Notes: generated from the letters alone by a model not told the origin. DNA of 64,000 nt from an uncultured Parachlamydiaceae bacterium (GCA_963742415.1 CAVULX010000002.1:220098-284097); one strand, 5' to 3'. Shown: positions 1-10,396, counted from the first letter of the stretch. Numbers and translations are program-made.

Positions 1-843
1 ATTTTTAAAAGTATTCTTGGCCGTAATAGGCAAGTTCAGCTTATCGCTTTTATTACTACCGATCAGTGGGAAGAGCTTTTAAAAATGGATAAAGCGATAG
101 GTGAAAGATTCCGCCCTATTCATTTTGCTCCAATGAACGACAGCCAAACAGAACAAGTCCTCTACGAACGTATGCGGAGGCAGGGATCCGAAATGAGCTT
201 CTCTTATCAAGCTATAATAAAAATTATTGACGAAACAAACAAAGACGAGGAGCACTGTCAGCCTAGGAAAGCTGTCAATCTTTTGGATGAGCTAATGAAT
301 CGAATTGATTATTTTGACATAAACAACTACAAAGTCCCAGAGCAATATATGGCTGAAGAAACTTTAAAGAATCTTGAAGCTCAATCTAAATGCTCCGATT
401 CCCCCTTAAGAGATCCTTCTTCAAAAGCCTGTAAAGTGCATTTAGAAAACATACAAAAAGCCAAAGAGGAAATCGAAAAAAGAAAAAAGGAAACCGAAGA
501 GGTCAAAACAAATGCCATTCAATTGAAAAAGGCTCTAGCTCAAGATAGACATTTGCAACAGATGATGAATTCATCGGCAAGGCAAATAAATAGTGAAAAA
601 CCTAAAGAAACCGAAACAGATTTATTGAAAAAACGTTTTGCCTTCGCCAATTTTTTTGGCTTGAAAAAGCTCTCAGAAGTTATTGGGGAGCTGAAGAGTG
701 GGCTGAAGGGTTATCATGATGTATTCCTTTGCATTGATGAAAGCACTGTGGATGCTATTTTAGCCAGCCGCGCCTCCTCAAATGTAACCAAAAAAACCCC
801 CTCAAACGAGAAAGGAAAAGAAAAAGAAGAAGAAAAAACTTAA
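1..843 (+). CDS. ClpA/ClpB-like AAA+ protein, C-terminal part (5' end outside window)
   Basis: Frame is open from base 1. IAFITT..KAIGERFRPIHF..QPRKAVNLLDE resembles the Clp NBD1 sensor/lid region and is followed by coiled coil. Confidence 0.55.
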   Translation: MFKSILGRNRQVQLIAFITTDQWEELLKMDKAIGERFRPIHFAPMNDSQTEQVLYERMRRQGSEMSFSYQAIIKIIDETNKDEEHCQPRKAVNLLDELMNRIDYFDINNYKVPEQYMAEETLKNLEAQSKCSDSPLRDPSSKACKVHLENIQKAKEEIEKRKKETEEVKTNAIQLKKALAQDRHLQQMMNSSARQINSEKPKETETDLLKKRFAFANFFGLKKLSEVIGELKSGLKGYHDVFLCIDESTVDAILASRASSNVTKKTPSNEKGKEKEEEKT

Positions 844-861
844 TCTCTTTTCTTGACCTAA

Positions 862-1100
862 TTTGGAGTGCGGCGGCTTGCCGTTGCTTTGACAAGCATC
901 GCCTTGGCGATGCTCTGAAATTTGGACGTTTCCAGGCCTGGTGCCTGGTTCTGAAGTTTGGATGTTTCTTAAATAAATTTCCGAAGGGAATTGCAGATTG
1001 GTAGCCCAGAGTAAGTTGTGAGGGCGAAGCCCGAAACAGCGCAACTCTGGGAACTCTAAGGATTAAGAATTGTACCCCCGAAGCGGGGTACAAGAAATTC
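862..1100. repeat. REP/MITE-like GC-rich palindromic intergenic element
   Basis: TTTGGAGTGCGGCGGCTTG (862-880) is identical to 49820-49838. Hairpins present: AGCATCGCC-TT-GGCGATGCT, GGGCGAAGCCC, TGTACCCC..GGGGTACA. Confidence 0.6.
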
Positions 1101-1331
1101 TAACCGCTATCCGGTAGATGATAAGGCAAGGCATTTATGGCCAAAATGCTACTGGATTTTATTGGGTTTTGATGGTAAAAATAACGAGTCATTGCACCTT
1201 CTCTTGAGGAAAATTAAGATAAAAAAGATGTCAATAGACGAAAAACAGTTAATTTTTATTGATTTTTAATAATTAAACAATTAAACTTAAAAAATTAATT
1301 AACTAATTTAATTTAAAAATAAAGATTTTTT

Positions 1332-2579
1332 ATGAATATATCAGGTGTTTGTAAAAGTTGTTTTAATGTTTTTAAAGAGGTTTCTAATTTTAAAAACAAT
1401 GATAATAAAATCACTGCTTTTGCGGTATTAAAAATATTTACAGCCGTGGTTCTTCTAGTGTGTGGAGCTGCGATTCTCTATGGTCGTTTTAACAAAAAAC
1501 AAAACGATTCCTCTACAGCCATGAATGTTGATAATCAAACGAAAAAAATATTCTCAATTGGCGGTGCCTCCTCTACCTCACAAGTCAATTTTCAGACTTA
1601 TTTTTCAAAATTAGAAAAAATTGAGTTATCAGAAGTTTTGGATACATATATTAGTCGGTATTTACCCCGTGCCAATCAGGAAAACTTGGAGGAGTATAGC
1701 CATTCTGAAGATTATAAACGACATGCTAAAACAGCTCGTATTTATTACAATTCAAGTCAACTCTCGAAATTAGATGCACTAAGGATTATTTTTCAACGTG
1801 AACCTACGAACATAGCTATGGGAGACTATCAGTACGTTGAAAAAAATTTAATAGAATCATTTGGTTATAGGAAAGGAGTCTATAACGATATAGACGCAAA
1901 AAAAACGGATGGATCTTCATTCAAGGAACTCCCTAATACCGCAACCGTTTATTCTGAAACTTATTTATGGGATCCGGGAAAAGAAAATAAAAAAGAAATC
2001 GCTTGTCTTTCTTTACCTGCTCCTGCTTTAGATACTACTGACCAACCACACTACAAATATTATATGAAAGAAGGCAAATTAGATGTGAAAAAGTACGAAC
2101 AAGAAATGGAATTTTTATTCAAATGTATAGAAAAAGCAGTTAGAGATAATAAGGATCGTGCCTTTCGCGGTGAAGGAATTAAAAGGATTGTTCTCTCTAA
2201 ATTTGGTCAAGGCGCCTTTTTAGAAGCTTTATCTGAAGATGATAAGAAGATAGCCCACAATGTTTACAGAGAACAAATGGGTATCTTTCTAATGAACATT
2301 AAAGATATACATTTAGAAATCGTAATGAGTGAATATTCTGATCCCGGCGATGATGGTAAATGGCATGATGAAATGATCATTGGAGATATTATAGAAACAG
2401 CTCATGAGGGTGATCTAATTATTAATGCCTGGGATCCTCACAGTGCTCCAGGAAATGGCAATGATGGGGATCGCTCTTTTGATGGAGCGATGGGAAAAGG
2501 ATCGGGTATTCTTCTAACGCAAACGAGTTGGTTAAATGAGACCTTAAGGAGTCAAGATTCATTGGTTGCTGTTAAATAA
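1332..2579 (+). CDS. Putative macrodomain/PARG-like protein with N-terminal hydrophobic segment; candidate effector
   Basis: 415 aa; motifs VLSKFGQGAF and IINAWDPHSAPGNG..GDRSFDG; hydrophobic stretch near residues 28-51. Confidence 0.45.
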   Translation: MNISGVCKSCFNVFKEVSNFKNNDNKITAFAVLKIFTAVVLLVCGAAILYGRFNKKQNDSSTAMNVDNQTKKIFSIGGASSTSQVNFQTYFSKLEKIELSEVLDTYISRYLPRANQENLEEYSHSEDYKRHAKTARIYYNSSQLSKLDALRIIFQREPTNIAMGDYQYVEKNLIESFGYRKGVYNDIDAKKTDGSSFKELPNTATVYSETYLWDPGKENKKEIACLSLPAPALDTTDQPHYKYYMKEGKLDVKKYEQEMEFLFKCIEKAVRDNKDRAFRGEGIKRIVLSKFGQGAFLEALSEDDKKIAHNVYREQMGIFLMNIKDIHLEIVMSEYSDPGDDGKWHDEMIIGDIIETAHEGDLIINAWDPHSAPGNGNDGDRSFDGAMGKGSGILLTQTSWLNETLRSQDSLVAVK

Positions 2580-2750
2580 TTCTTTAATCATTATTTTTAT
2601 TCAGACATTCTAAAAGTATCCCTCCATGGCTTGCAAATTTATTTTAGATCACCCTATTTCAATAAGAGGCTCAGAATATATTGAAAATGATATTTGGTCA
2701 TTAGCTATTTCACCGTTAAAAATCAATCAATAAGTTTAATGAGATTAAAT

Positions 2751-3593
2751 ATGTATCGCATATTTGTATTTTTTTTGTGTTCTCTGTTTTTTTCTTATCC
2801 ACTCGCCGCTGACGACTGGAGCGGTATAGATTATGCGCAAAATTCTTCTGTACAATTATCACATGCTGAACGCTTGTTGAATGGCCTTTCTTTAATCGGT
2901 CATGAAAGTATTCTTGATGTAGGCTGTGGGGATGGGAAGATTACAGCATTACTAGCTAAAAAAGTTCCACAAGGTATTGTAATAGGAATTGATCCTTCTG
3001 ATTCCATGTTGGATAAAGCTGAAATACTTCGTAGAGAAAATGGTCTTTTTAATTTGACCTTTCAAAAAGGTACAGCGGAGGAGTTTTCTTTAAACCAACG
3101 CTTCGATCATATTATTGCTATTCATGTAATGCACTGGATTAAGGAGCAAGAGAGAGCATTAGAAAATATTCAAACTCACCTTAAACCACAGGGACATGTT
3201 CATTTCATCTTTGCTCCTTCAAAAGAAGGATTGCCCTTCCACGTAGCTTTACAGAAAACATTACAAAATTGGAGTCAAGATTTTATTGATTTCATCAATC
3301 CTCAACAGGTTTTTGATATGGAAACTTACCGTAAATTAATGGTGAAATCGGGTTTTCATATTGAATCAATTCATTATCTTTACCATGAATCAATGCATGA
3401 AAATAAAGAAAGATTAAAAGATTGGATAAGGCAATGGCAACCTCATGCAAAACATCTCCCCTTAGATAATCGGACAAATTTTCTTGATGAACTTGTTAAT
3501 AATTATCTCATTGAAATGGGCTTACATCCAGAAACTTCAGTTTCAGTTAAGTGGGGAGAGTATGTGCTTATTGTTGAAGCTAAAAAAGCTTAA
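2751..3593 (+). CDS. Class I SAM-dependent methyltransferase (Tam-like) with signal peptide
   Basis: Motif I ILDVGCGDGKIT; MHWIKEQ. Start reassigned to ATG 2751 (MYRIFVFFLCSLFFSYPLAA). Confidence 0.8.
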   Translation: MYRIFVFFLCSLFFSYPLAADDWSGIDYAQNSSVQLSHAERLLNGLSLIGHESILDVGCGDGKITALLAKKVPQGIVIGIDPSDSMLDKAEILRRENGLFNLTFQKGTAEEFSLNQRFDHIIAIHVMHWIKEQERALENIQTHLKPQGHVHFIFAPSKEGLPFHVALQKTLQNWSQDFIDFINPQQVFDMETYRKLMVKSGFHIESIHYLYHESMHENKERLKDWIRQWQPHAKHLPLDNRTNFLDELVNNYLIEMGLHPETSVSVKWGEYVLIVEAKKA

Positions 3594-3637
3594 CAAGTTA
3601 TCAAGCACGTTAAGGATATGAAGTTTTGAATAATGCT

Positions 3638-4606
3638 CTACTTCTCAACAATGAATATTACAAAAGGGGGAAACGCTGTATATTCCTTGCTAAGGGTATG
3701 CTTTTGATTTTCATTATAGCTCTGTATTTCCTGCTCACTAGTAAAATAAGGGCGATATACGTTGTTTATTCGAAAACCTTCCTGAATGAGAATAGAAACG
3801 TATTCATGCTCTGAATGATAATAATTCGGCACTACCATCATTGGAATTTTTCTCCAAATTTCCACTCCAGATTTCAAATTTGTTTCGTCAAGCAATAACA
3901 CCCAATTGTCCTGTTTTTTTGCGAAAGTAGCTCGGTAGACGTTATCTAATCCTTCAATAGTTTTTGGGAAAGAGTCTTGATGACTAATGAGCAGTTGATT
4001 GATAGAATTAACAACTTCTTCATTTGATCTTTTCCCATCCGTAAATACTGTTCCAAATGAAGTGGGCGCTGTGATAATAGCTACCCCGCCTGTTTTTAAA
4101 ACTCTGCTTAACTCTTGAAAGTGGGGCTTTAAATTGGGCAAGTTACAACCGACGTTAACACTTATAGCCCTGTCGAAAAAATGATCAGGATAAGGCAGGT
4201 GGCCAACATCTCCCACTACAAAGCTTGCAATATTTTCAACAGATTCTTCACGAGCAGCTTGTTTTGCTTTTTCAATCATACCTTCTTGAATATCTATCCC
4301 GTAAACAACAGCACCATTTTTTGCAGCAAAGATGCTCCATGGCCCAGCTCCACAACCGGCATCCAAAATGACTTGACCCTCTAGATTTAATAAATAGGGT
4401 AAAAAATAAGGGTCGAGAAATAGGGTGCCATCTGGACCATGTTTCATTTTAATGTAGGTACTCACACCCTGATTTCCATACTTAGTACCATTTTTTGTAT
4501 GTTCGTGTGCCGATGCTACCTCATGAACGAAGTGAGTGGCGATGAAAAGAACAGCGAAGGCCAAAGAAACTCGAGCCCATCGAGAATTGAAACAATGCCA
4601 GTTCAT
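3638..4606 (-). CDS. Class I SAM-dependent methyltransferase with signal peptide
   Basis: ILDAGCGAG, LPYPDHFFD, RVLKTGG; N-terminal signal ending VASA. Confidence 0.8.
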   Translation of the reverse strand: MNWHCFNSRWARVSLAFAVLFIATHFVHEVASAHEHTKNGTKYGNQGVSTYIKMKHGPDGTLFLDPYFLPYLLNLEGQVILDAGCGAGPWSIFAAKNGAVVYGIDIQEGMIEKAKQAAREESVENIASFVVGDVGHLPYPDHFFDRAISVNVGCNLPNLKPHFQELSRVLKTGGVAIITAPTSFGTVFTDGKRSNEEVVNSINQLLISHQDSFPKTIEGLDNVYRATFAKKQDNWVLLLDETNLKSGVEIWRKIPMMVVPNYYHSEHEYVSILIQEGFRINNVYRPYFTSEQEIQSYNENQKHTLSKEYTAFPPFVIFIVEK

Positions 4607-4672
4607 ATAAACCTATTTTTTGAATAGTTACCTGAAGTGATATAGTTTTTAAAAAATTTATGATATAGTTTT

Positions 4673-5866
4673 TTAACGATCTTTAACAAATTTGAATGTA
4701 CCTCCATCTAAAAGACACTCAAGGGCTGGGGAGATCCCCAAAGCCTGCTTCATCTCCAGATAGCGGCTTCTGGCTTTTTCTTGGGCTGTTTTGGAGGCTC
4801 CACGCACAGCGCGGATCAGAAGATTTTTTGGAGTGTGCTCCGAATCGATAAATTCGATCACTTGGGTCGAATACCCATGCATGGTCAAGATGTCAGCCCT
4901 TGCAGCATCTGTAGCTAACGCGGCAAAGCGCTCCCGTAAAATCCCATGCTGGAGAAGAGAATCCAAAGCTGTACTTTTGACCTGATGATATAGCTCGTGC
5001 TGGCAGCATGGAGCCGCTAAGATGACAGACGCTCTCCAGCGTACAGCCTGCGCTAAAGCTTCATCTGTAGCTGTGTTGCAAGCATGGAGCGACACCACCA
5101 TATCGATGGAATCATCCGGCTTATATTGGGCTATTTTTCCACAGGAGAAATGTAATTGCTCGTAATGCAACCTTTTAGCCGCATCCTGGCAAAAAGCGAT
5201 GAGATCTTGCTTTAGATCAAGTCCATGTAACGAAACGTCCATCCCTTTTTGCTGTTTTAAAAAGTCATACAAAGCAAAAGTCAAGTATGCCTTTCCACAT
5301 CCAAAATCGACTATTGTCAGCTTCTTATTCTTTGGCAAATGTGTAATGACATCCTGGACCAGCTCGAGAAACCGGTTGATTTGCTTCAACTTATCACTTT
5401 TTTGCGGCAGCACTTTTCCTTCAGCACTCACAAGACCCAGCTCATGAAGGTAGGTAGGAAAGTCACTCTTATTTAAAATGTGTTTTTTTGGCCGATTATG
5501 AACCAACTCAACATGAGCTTTGGAAGAGGGTCTCCGCAATAAGGAAATATCCCCCTTCTTATTGGTTAAGATTTGAAAATCAGTTTCTCTCGTAAATAGG
5601 ACTGCTTGTTTGTAAAAAGGGATAAGCTCTTTGAAGATAAAGGCAAAACATTCCTCACCTGAAACATTGGAGTGGAAGGCCTTTTGAGCTTTAAACCTGC
5701 TGATTTGGTAGACCCATTGGCCTTTGAGCTGAATAGCTCTGATGGTTACTTTGAGAGTTAATTGCTCATTTTTCTCTTTTGGAGAACTGAAAACAGCTTC
5801 AATCCACTGCTTAGATTCGATGCTATCCTGAACGATTTTTTTTAATTCTGACAAATCTATGCGCAT
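4673..5866 (-). CDS. SAM-dependent methyltransferase (Methyltransf_32 type)
   Basis: KLKQINRFLE, IVDFGCGKAYLTF, SLHACNTATD, APCCQH, HTPKN. Confidence 0.85.
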   Translation of the reverse strand: MRIDLSELKKIVQDSIESKQWIEAVFSSPKEKNEQLTLKVTIRAIQLKGQWVYQISRFKAQKAFHSNVSGEECFAFIFKELIPFYKQAVLFTRETDFQILTNKKGDISLLRRPSSKAHVELVHNRPKKHILNKSDFPTYLHELGLVSAEGKVLPQKSDKLKQINRFLELVQDVITHLPKNKKLTIVDFGCGKAYLTFALYDFLKQQKGMDVSLHGLDLKQDLIAFCQDAAKRLHYEQLHFSCGKIAQYKPDDSIDMVVSLHACNTATDEALAQAVRWRASVILAAPCCQHELYHQVKSTALDSLLQHGILRERFAALATDAARADILTMHGYSTQVIEFIDSEHTPKNLLIRAVRGASKTAQEKARSRYLEMKQALGISPALECLLDGGTFKFVKDR

Positions 5867-5984
5867 TTCTAAACCGCATTTGACTCTTGCACGATTTTAA
5901 TAAATAGGGCATTGTTTCCAACAGATTTCTTTCGAAACTAATCTACTATAACATACTTTAAAACATAAATTCCAAGGAAAACAC

Positions 5985-7886
5985 ATGCACAACAAGAATG
6001 AACGACCTGCAGTACAGACAGTGCCTTATGGATTATGGACCTCTCCTATCACTGCAGCCATGACCACCCGCGTGGAAAAGTCGAATCGCAACTGCGACAT
6101 TTTTTTAGAGGGTGAAACCCTTTATTGGACAGAAGTCCGTCCAAATGAGAAAAGCCGCGTTGTGATCGTTAAGCGGGAACCAAGTGGTGCAACATCTACA
6201 ATAATACCTCAAGGGTACGATGTTAGATCGAAAGTTCACGAATATGGAGGATTAGCTTTTACGGTGATCGATCAAGTGGTCTACTTTGTGAATGCCAAAG
6301 ACCAACGCCTTTATGCAATGCACCCTTCACAGGAACCCACCCCCTTGACAGCCACAGGAATCAGATATGCTGATTTACTCCCCTCTCCTGAAGGAATCAT
6401 TGCTGTAGCTGAAGAACGGCATCAAGATAAAGTGTCCAATTTTCTCGTATTGATCGATATAAAAACAGGATCTCACACAATTCTCGACGAAGGGCACGAC
6501 TTTTATGCCTCCCCTGCCTTAGGAAAAGATGGCCGATCGTTAGCATGGCTCACGTGGGATCATCCCAGCATGCCTTGGGATGGCACCGAACTCTGGACGG
6601 CGGAACTTAGCCAAGGGCAACTTATCCATAAAATGAAAAAAGCCGGAGGAGCCTCAGAGTCTATTTTTCAACCCCAATGGTCGCCTCAAGGGAATTTATT
6701 TTTTGTATCCGACTGCACCGGCTGGTGGAACCTTTACAAGCATGACGGAAAAAATTCTGTCAACGTATGTCCCATGTCCGCTGAGTTTGGGCTCCCCTTA
6801 TGGCGATTAGGGATTTCAACATGGAGATTTACGGGTAAGGGTGAAGAGATAGTCTGTGCATTTCAACAAAATGGGGAAGGGAAGCTGGCTTTTTTAAATC
6901 CTCAAGAGAGTCAGCTCAGGCCTATTTCCCTGCCTTTTACCGATTTTTCTCAAGTTGTTGCAGGAAAAAACAAGATCTTTTGTTTAATGGGTACACCCAC
7001 AGAAGCCAGAAGATTGATCCTGTTGGATACAACATCTCTGAAGTGGCAGGAAATTGATCGATCGGAAAAACTCGAAATAAATGAGGGATACTTGGCGGCG
7101 CCGGAAACTATTGTCTACCCTTCAGCTCAAAACCGAACGGCTTATGGGTATTTTTACCCCCCAAAAAATAAAGATTACACCCCTCCCGCTGACACCCTTC
7201 CTCCGTTGATCATTGTCATTCATGGGGGGCCTACGGCAACAGCCGATCCCATTTTCAATTTACGCATTCAGTATTGGACTAGCCGCGGTTTTGCTGTCTT
7301 TGATGTCAATTACGCCGGAAGCACAGGCTATGGCCGCAAATATAGGGACAGCTTGAAGGGATTGTGGGGAGTAGCCGATGTGGAAGACTGCATTGCCGGA
7401 GCCCGCTATTTGGCTGAGATGAAAAAAGTGGACCCTAAAAAGATCTTCATCCGTGGGGGAAGTGCCGGAGGATTTACTTCGTTGGCAGCTTTAGCCCACT
7501 CAGACATATTTGCGGCAGGAGCCAGCTATTATGGTGTAGCCGATCTTGAACTGCTGCAAAAGGATACCCATAAGTTTGAGGCTCATTATCTTGATTCGCT
7601 CATTGGACCTTACCCGGAAAAAAAAGCCCTCTACAAAGAGAGGTCCCCCTTATTTAATGCCGAATCGATTTCGTCCCCTGTGATATTCTTTCAAGGAGGG
7701 GAGGATCCAGTAGTCCCAAAAAATCAAACGGAAGCAATGTTTGAGGCGCTCCAGAAAAGAAAAATTATCTCCGCTTTCATTCTCTATGAAAAAGAGGAAC
7801 ATGGTTTTCGGCAACCGGAAAACGTCCAAGATTCTCTTGAAAAAGAGCTGCAGTTTTATCTGGCAACGACTTTGCCGCATAATTAA
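5985..7886 (+). CDS. S9 family prolyl oligopeptidase / acylaminoacyl peptidase
   Basis: HGGP, GSTGYG, nucleophile GGSAGG, Asp in GEDPVV, His in EEHGF. Confidence 0.92.
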   Translation: MHNKNERPAVQTVPYGLWTSPITAAMTTRVEKSNRNCDIFLEGETLYWTEVRPNEKSRVVIVKREPSGATSTIIPQGYDVRSKVHEYGGLAFTVIDQVVYFVNAKDQRLYAMHPSQEPTPLTATGIRYADLLPSPEGIIAVAEERHQDKVSNFLVLIDIKTGSHTILDEGHDFYASPALGKDGRSLAWLTWDHPSMPWDGTELWTAELSQGQLIHKMKKAGGASESIFQPQWSPQGNLFFVSDCTGWWNLYKHDGKNSVNVCPMSAEFGLPLWRLGISTWRFTGKGEEIVCAFQQNGEGKLAFLNPQESQLRPISLPFTDFSQVVAGKNKIFCLMGTPTEARRLILLDTTSLKWQEIDRSEKLEINEGYLAAPETIVYPSAQNRTAYGYFYPPKNKDYTPPADTLPPLIIVIHGGPTATADPIFNLRIQYWTSRGFAVFDVNYAGSTGYGRKYRDSLKGLWGVADVEDCIAGARYLAEMKKVDPKKIFIRGGSAGGFTSLAALAHSDIFAAGASYYGVADLELLQKDTHKFEAHYLDSLIGPYPEKKALYKERSPLFNAESISSPVIFFQGGEDPVVPKNQTEAMFEALQKRKIISAFILYEKEEHGFRQPENVQDSLEKELQFYLATTLPHN

Positions 7887-8028
7887 TTCACCACAAAACC
7901 GCTGAGATCATTGAGGGGGTTATTCGCGCAGCAACTCCCTCTTTAGGCTCTGAAGCTATTTTTGCAACAAAAATTATTTGATCTAAAATTTGTTTTGCTT
8001 TAGGTTGTTGCATTGCTGGAGATATCTC

Positions 8029-8844
8029 ATGAATAAGTTTGTGTCGATACTGATATTGATAGGATATTTGTTTACAACCTCCCACGCCGTTGGAGTTGAA
8101 CTTTGCCATAGATTCGTTGTCATCACACCTGAAAAAACAGGCACCCATCTTCTTACAAAAGCGATTAGCCAGCTCACAGGGTTAAAGACAATCAATTGCT
8201 GGGATCATAATAGAACTAGCGAGTTTTTGATCAACCTGCTGGAACAAGCCAAAAACGAAGATGCCTTTCTACATATGCACGCTTTTCCACATGAACATAT
8301 CATTAATACATTCAGACAACGCGGACATAAAGTGATCTTTTTGATGCGAGATCCACGCGACCAAGCCATTTCTCTCCTTTTTTACCTACAACAAGGGTGG
8401 CAATATGGGCCAATAACTCAAGAACACCCCTTTCGAAAGCTATCTTTTGATGAACAATTGCTCGAAATCATCACCGGAGAAAGGTTTGGTTTACCCATGA
8501 CCAAAAACATCATCGGAGAAAGAATCCCGTGGATGCGTTTAAAGTCCTTTTTTGTTTGCACAGTCAAATTTGAAAATTTGGTCGGGCATGAGGGAGGAGG
8601 CAGTGATAAAGCTCAACAAAAAGAGCTTAAGAAAATCTGTAAACACATTGGCCTCAAATTAAGCAAAACACAAATCAAAGAAAGATCGGCAGGATTATTT
8701 GGCAAACCCGGTGAAAAAACATTTAGGTCAGGTCAAATAGGAGAATGGAAAAAGTATTTTAAGGATGAACATATTAACGCTTTTAAGAATCATGCAGGAG
8801 AAATTCTGATCCTCACAGGTTACGAAAAAAATTTAAATTGGTAA
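8029..8844 (+). CDS. Sulfotransferase family protein with signal peptide
   Basis: PAPS-binding motifs TPEKTGTHLL and MRDPRDQAIS; C-terminal FRSGQIGEWK. GGAG RBS before ATG 8029. Confidence 0.8.
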   Translation: MNKFVSILILIGYLFTTSHAVGVELCHRFVVITPEKTGTHLLTKAISQLTGLKTINCWDHNRTSEFLINLLEQAKNEDAFLHMHAFPHEHIINTFRQRGHKVIFLMRDPRDQAISLLFYLQQGWQYGPITQEHPFRKLSFDEQLLEIITGERFGLPMTKNIIGERIPWMRLKSFFVCTVKFENLVGHEGGGSDKAQQKELKKICKHIGLKLSKTQIKERSAGLFGKPGEKTFRSGQIGEWKKYFKDEHINAFKNHAGEILILTGYEKNLNW

Positions 8845-8912
8845 ACTGAGCTTTGTTTGTATTTTAAAATTCAGAGCAATGCTATGGAAACTTTTATTTT
8901 CTTCAGGAGCTT

Positions 8913-9650
8913 ATGAACGTAAGAATAATGGTGCTATACTTCGGTATCTTTTATTTGTTCTCTTTTTCATTCGTCTCTGCGGAGTGTGAAGCTCAAAATT
9001 TTTTCGACCCTATAGCTAAAGAACTTATCGGCAAACAGTATTTTCGTACACTTTTGATCATAGGATGCGCACGCAGCGGCACGACGTATATGACACAAGT
9101 ACTTAGAGCTAACGGCCTTGATGTAAAACATGAAGGGGATGGGTCCTTTGGCATTGTCTCTTGGCCCATGGTTGCAGAGAGTGAGACATCTCCTTGGGGG
9201 CCCGGAGCGAAAAAATTTTTTTTCTCCCATATTTTTCATCAAGTGAGGGATCCTTTGAAAACAATTGCTTCGGCTAGTAAAGAACCGATGAGTTCCTGGG
9301 TATATATTTGTAGGCATTGTCCAGAAATAAAATTGGATGATACGCCTCTCGTAAAAGCTGCAAAGTACTGGTATTACTGGAATTTGTTAGCTGAAAAAAA
9401 AGCTGAATGGACCTATCGCGTTGAAGATATCGAAGCTGTGATGGATAAGATGGGTCGACGATTAAAAATAAAGTTGGACAAAGGGGTGCTTGTTTCTATC
9501 CCAAAAAATACAAACTCGAGAAACTACAGAGTTTCCTATACCTGGCCGGATATCAAAGCAGCGGTCTCTCCGGATCTCTACAAAAAAATCGTTAAATTGG
9601 CTAAACATTATGGTTATAAAGTTAACGAATATCCAAAAGGTAGAGAATAG
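8913..9650 (+). CDS. Sulfotransferase family protein with signal peptide
   Basis: IIGCARSGTTY, HQVRDPLKTIAS; signal peptide ending FVSA. Confidence 0.75.
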   Translation: MNVRIMVLYFGIFYLFSFSFVSAECEAQNFFDPIAKELIGKQYFRTLLIIGCARSGTTYMTQVLRANGLDVKHEGDGSFGIVSWPMVAESETSPWGPGAKKFFFSHIFHQVRDPLKTIASASKEPMSSWVYICRHCPEIKLDDTPLVKAAKYWYYWNLLAEKKAEWTYRVEDIEAVMDKMGRRLKIKLDKGVLVSIPKNTNSRNYRVSYTWPDIKAAVSPDLYKKIVKLAKHYGYKVNEYPKGRE

Positions 9651-9668
9651 AGAAAAGAACAAGATATT

Positions 9669-9751
9669 CATCGTGATTGAAGACTCTTAAAAGATACATT
9701 CGACTAGCTACAGGCTTCGAAGAAAATAATGCAGCCTTAGTGGGATTATAA
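9669..9751 (+). pseudogene. C-terminal remnant of a Cre-like tyrosine recombinase
   Basis: Manual translation HRD/KTLKRYIRLATGFEENNAALVGL*; similar to the remnant at 24693-24860. Confidence 0.45.
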
Positions 9752-9826
9752 GAGGAAGCAACAATGCAAAGCGACAATATCACTACAGTAATGTATTACA
9801 ATGGTGCAATAATACTGTAACACAGA

Positions 9827-10132
9827 TTAGGCAATAGCTTGAAGCCCTTTTTTGGCTATAAGATTAAGCATTTTAAGAGCAATACCACGGGGGTGTTTTT
9901 CACCTCGCTCCCATTGTTGCACAGTAGAGACACTTGTATTTAGATATAATGCAAAGACGCCTTGACTCACTTTTTCGCGCAGACGAAGACTTTTTATTTC
10001 TCGAGGAGACAAACTTTCAATAGGCGTAAGACACATCGCATTAAATTCGTGCATAGTTGTTGCATCAACAAGTCCTGCATCATACAGACCTTCTACGGAT
10101 TCGTGAACTACTTCTAAAATTGATTTTTTCAT
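9827..10132 (-). CDS. higA: HigA-type XRE-HTH antitoxin
   Basis: EIKSLRLREKVSQGVFALYLNTSVSTVQQWERGEKHP; lies downstream of a RelE-like toxin. Confidence 0.85.
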   Translation of the reverse strand: MKKSILEVVHESVEGLYDAGLVDATTMHEFNAMCLTPIESLSPREIKSLRLREKVSQGVFALYLNTSVSTVQQWERGEKHPRGIALKMLNLIAKKGLQAIA

Positions 10133-10133
10133 A

Positions 10134-10396
10134 CTAATTTACCTCAACCAATTCACCTACATGTATAGCTTGAGCAAGTTGCCCATCACTAAAGCTAAAA
10201 TATATTTTAGCTAATTTTTTAAGAGCGATTTCTTCTTTTTCAGATATAGTTGAGCGAACATTTTTTGCATAGCCATAGACAAAAAATACGTGTTTATCAG
10301 TTCTAAAAGCTACTATAGTGCGTGCTCCAGCACTTTTCCCTCGGCCATCCAGTGCGACGCGCTTCTTAAAAAGATTCCCTATATTTGTAAAGTTTA
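10134..10396 (-). pseudogene. higB: 5'-truncated RelE/HigB toxin
   Basis: LFKKRVALDGRGKSAGARTIVAF..FFVYGYAKN is HigB-like. The family N-terminus is missing; the ORF-track N-terminus is an alternate frame of rsmB. Confidence 0.7.

Noticed and set aside
755-1093. ORFs 755-1093 and 802-1044
   Set aside because: They run through a palindromic repeat element and antisense to the upstream gene; likely spurious.
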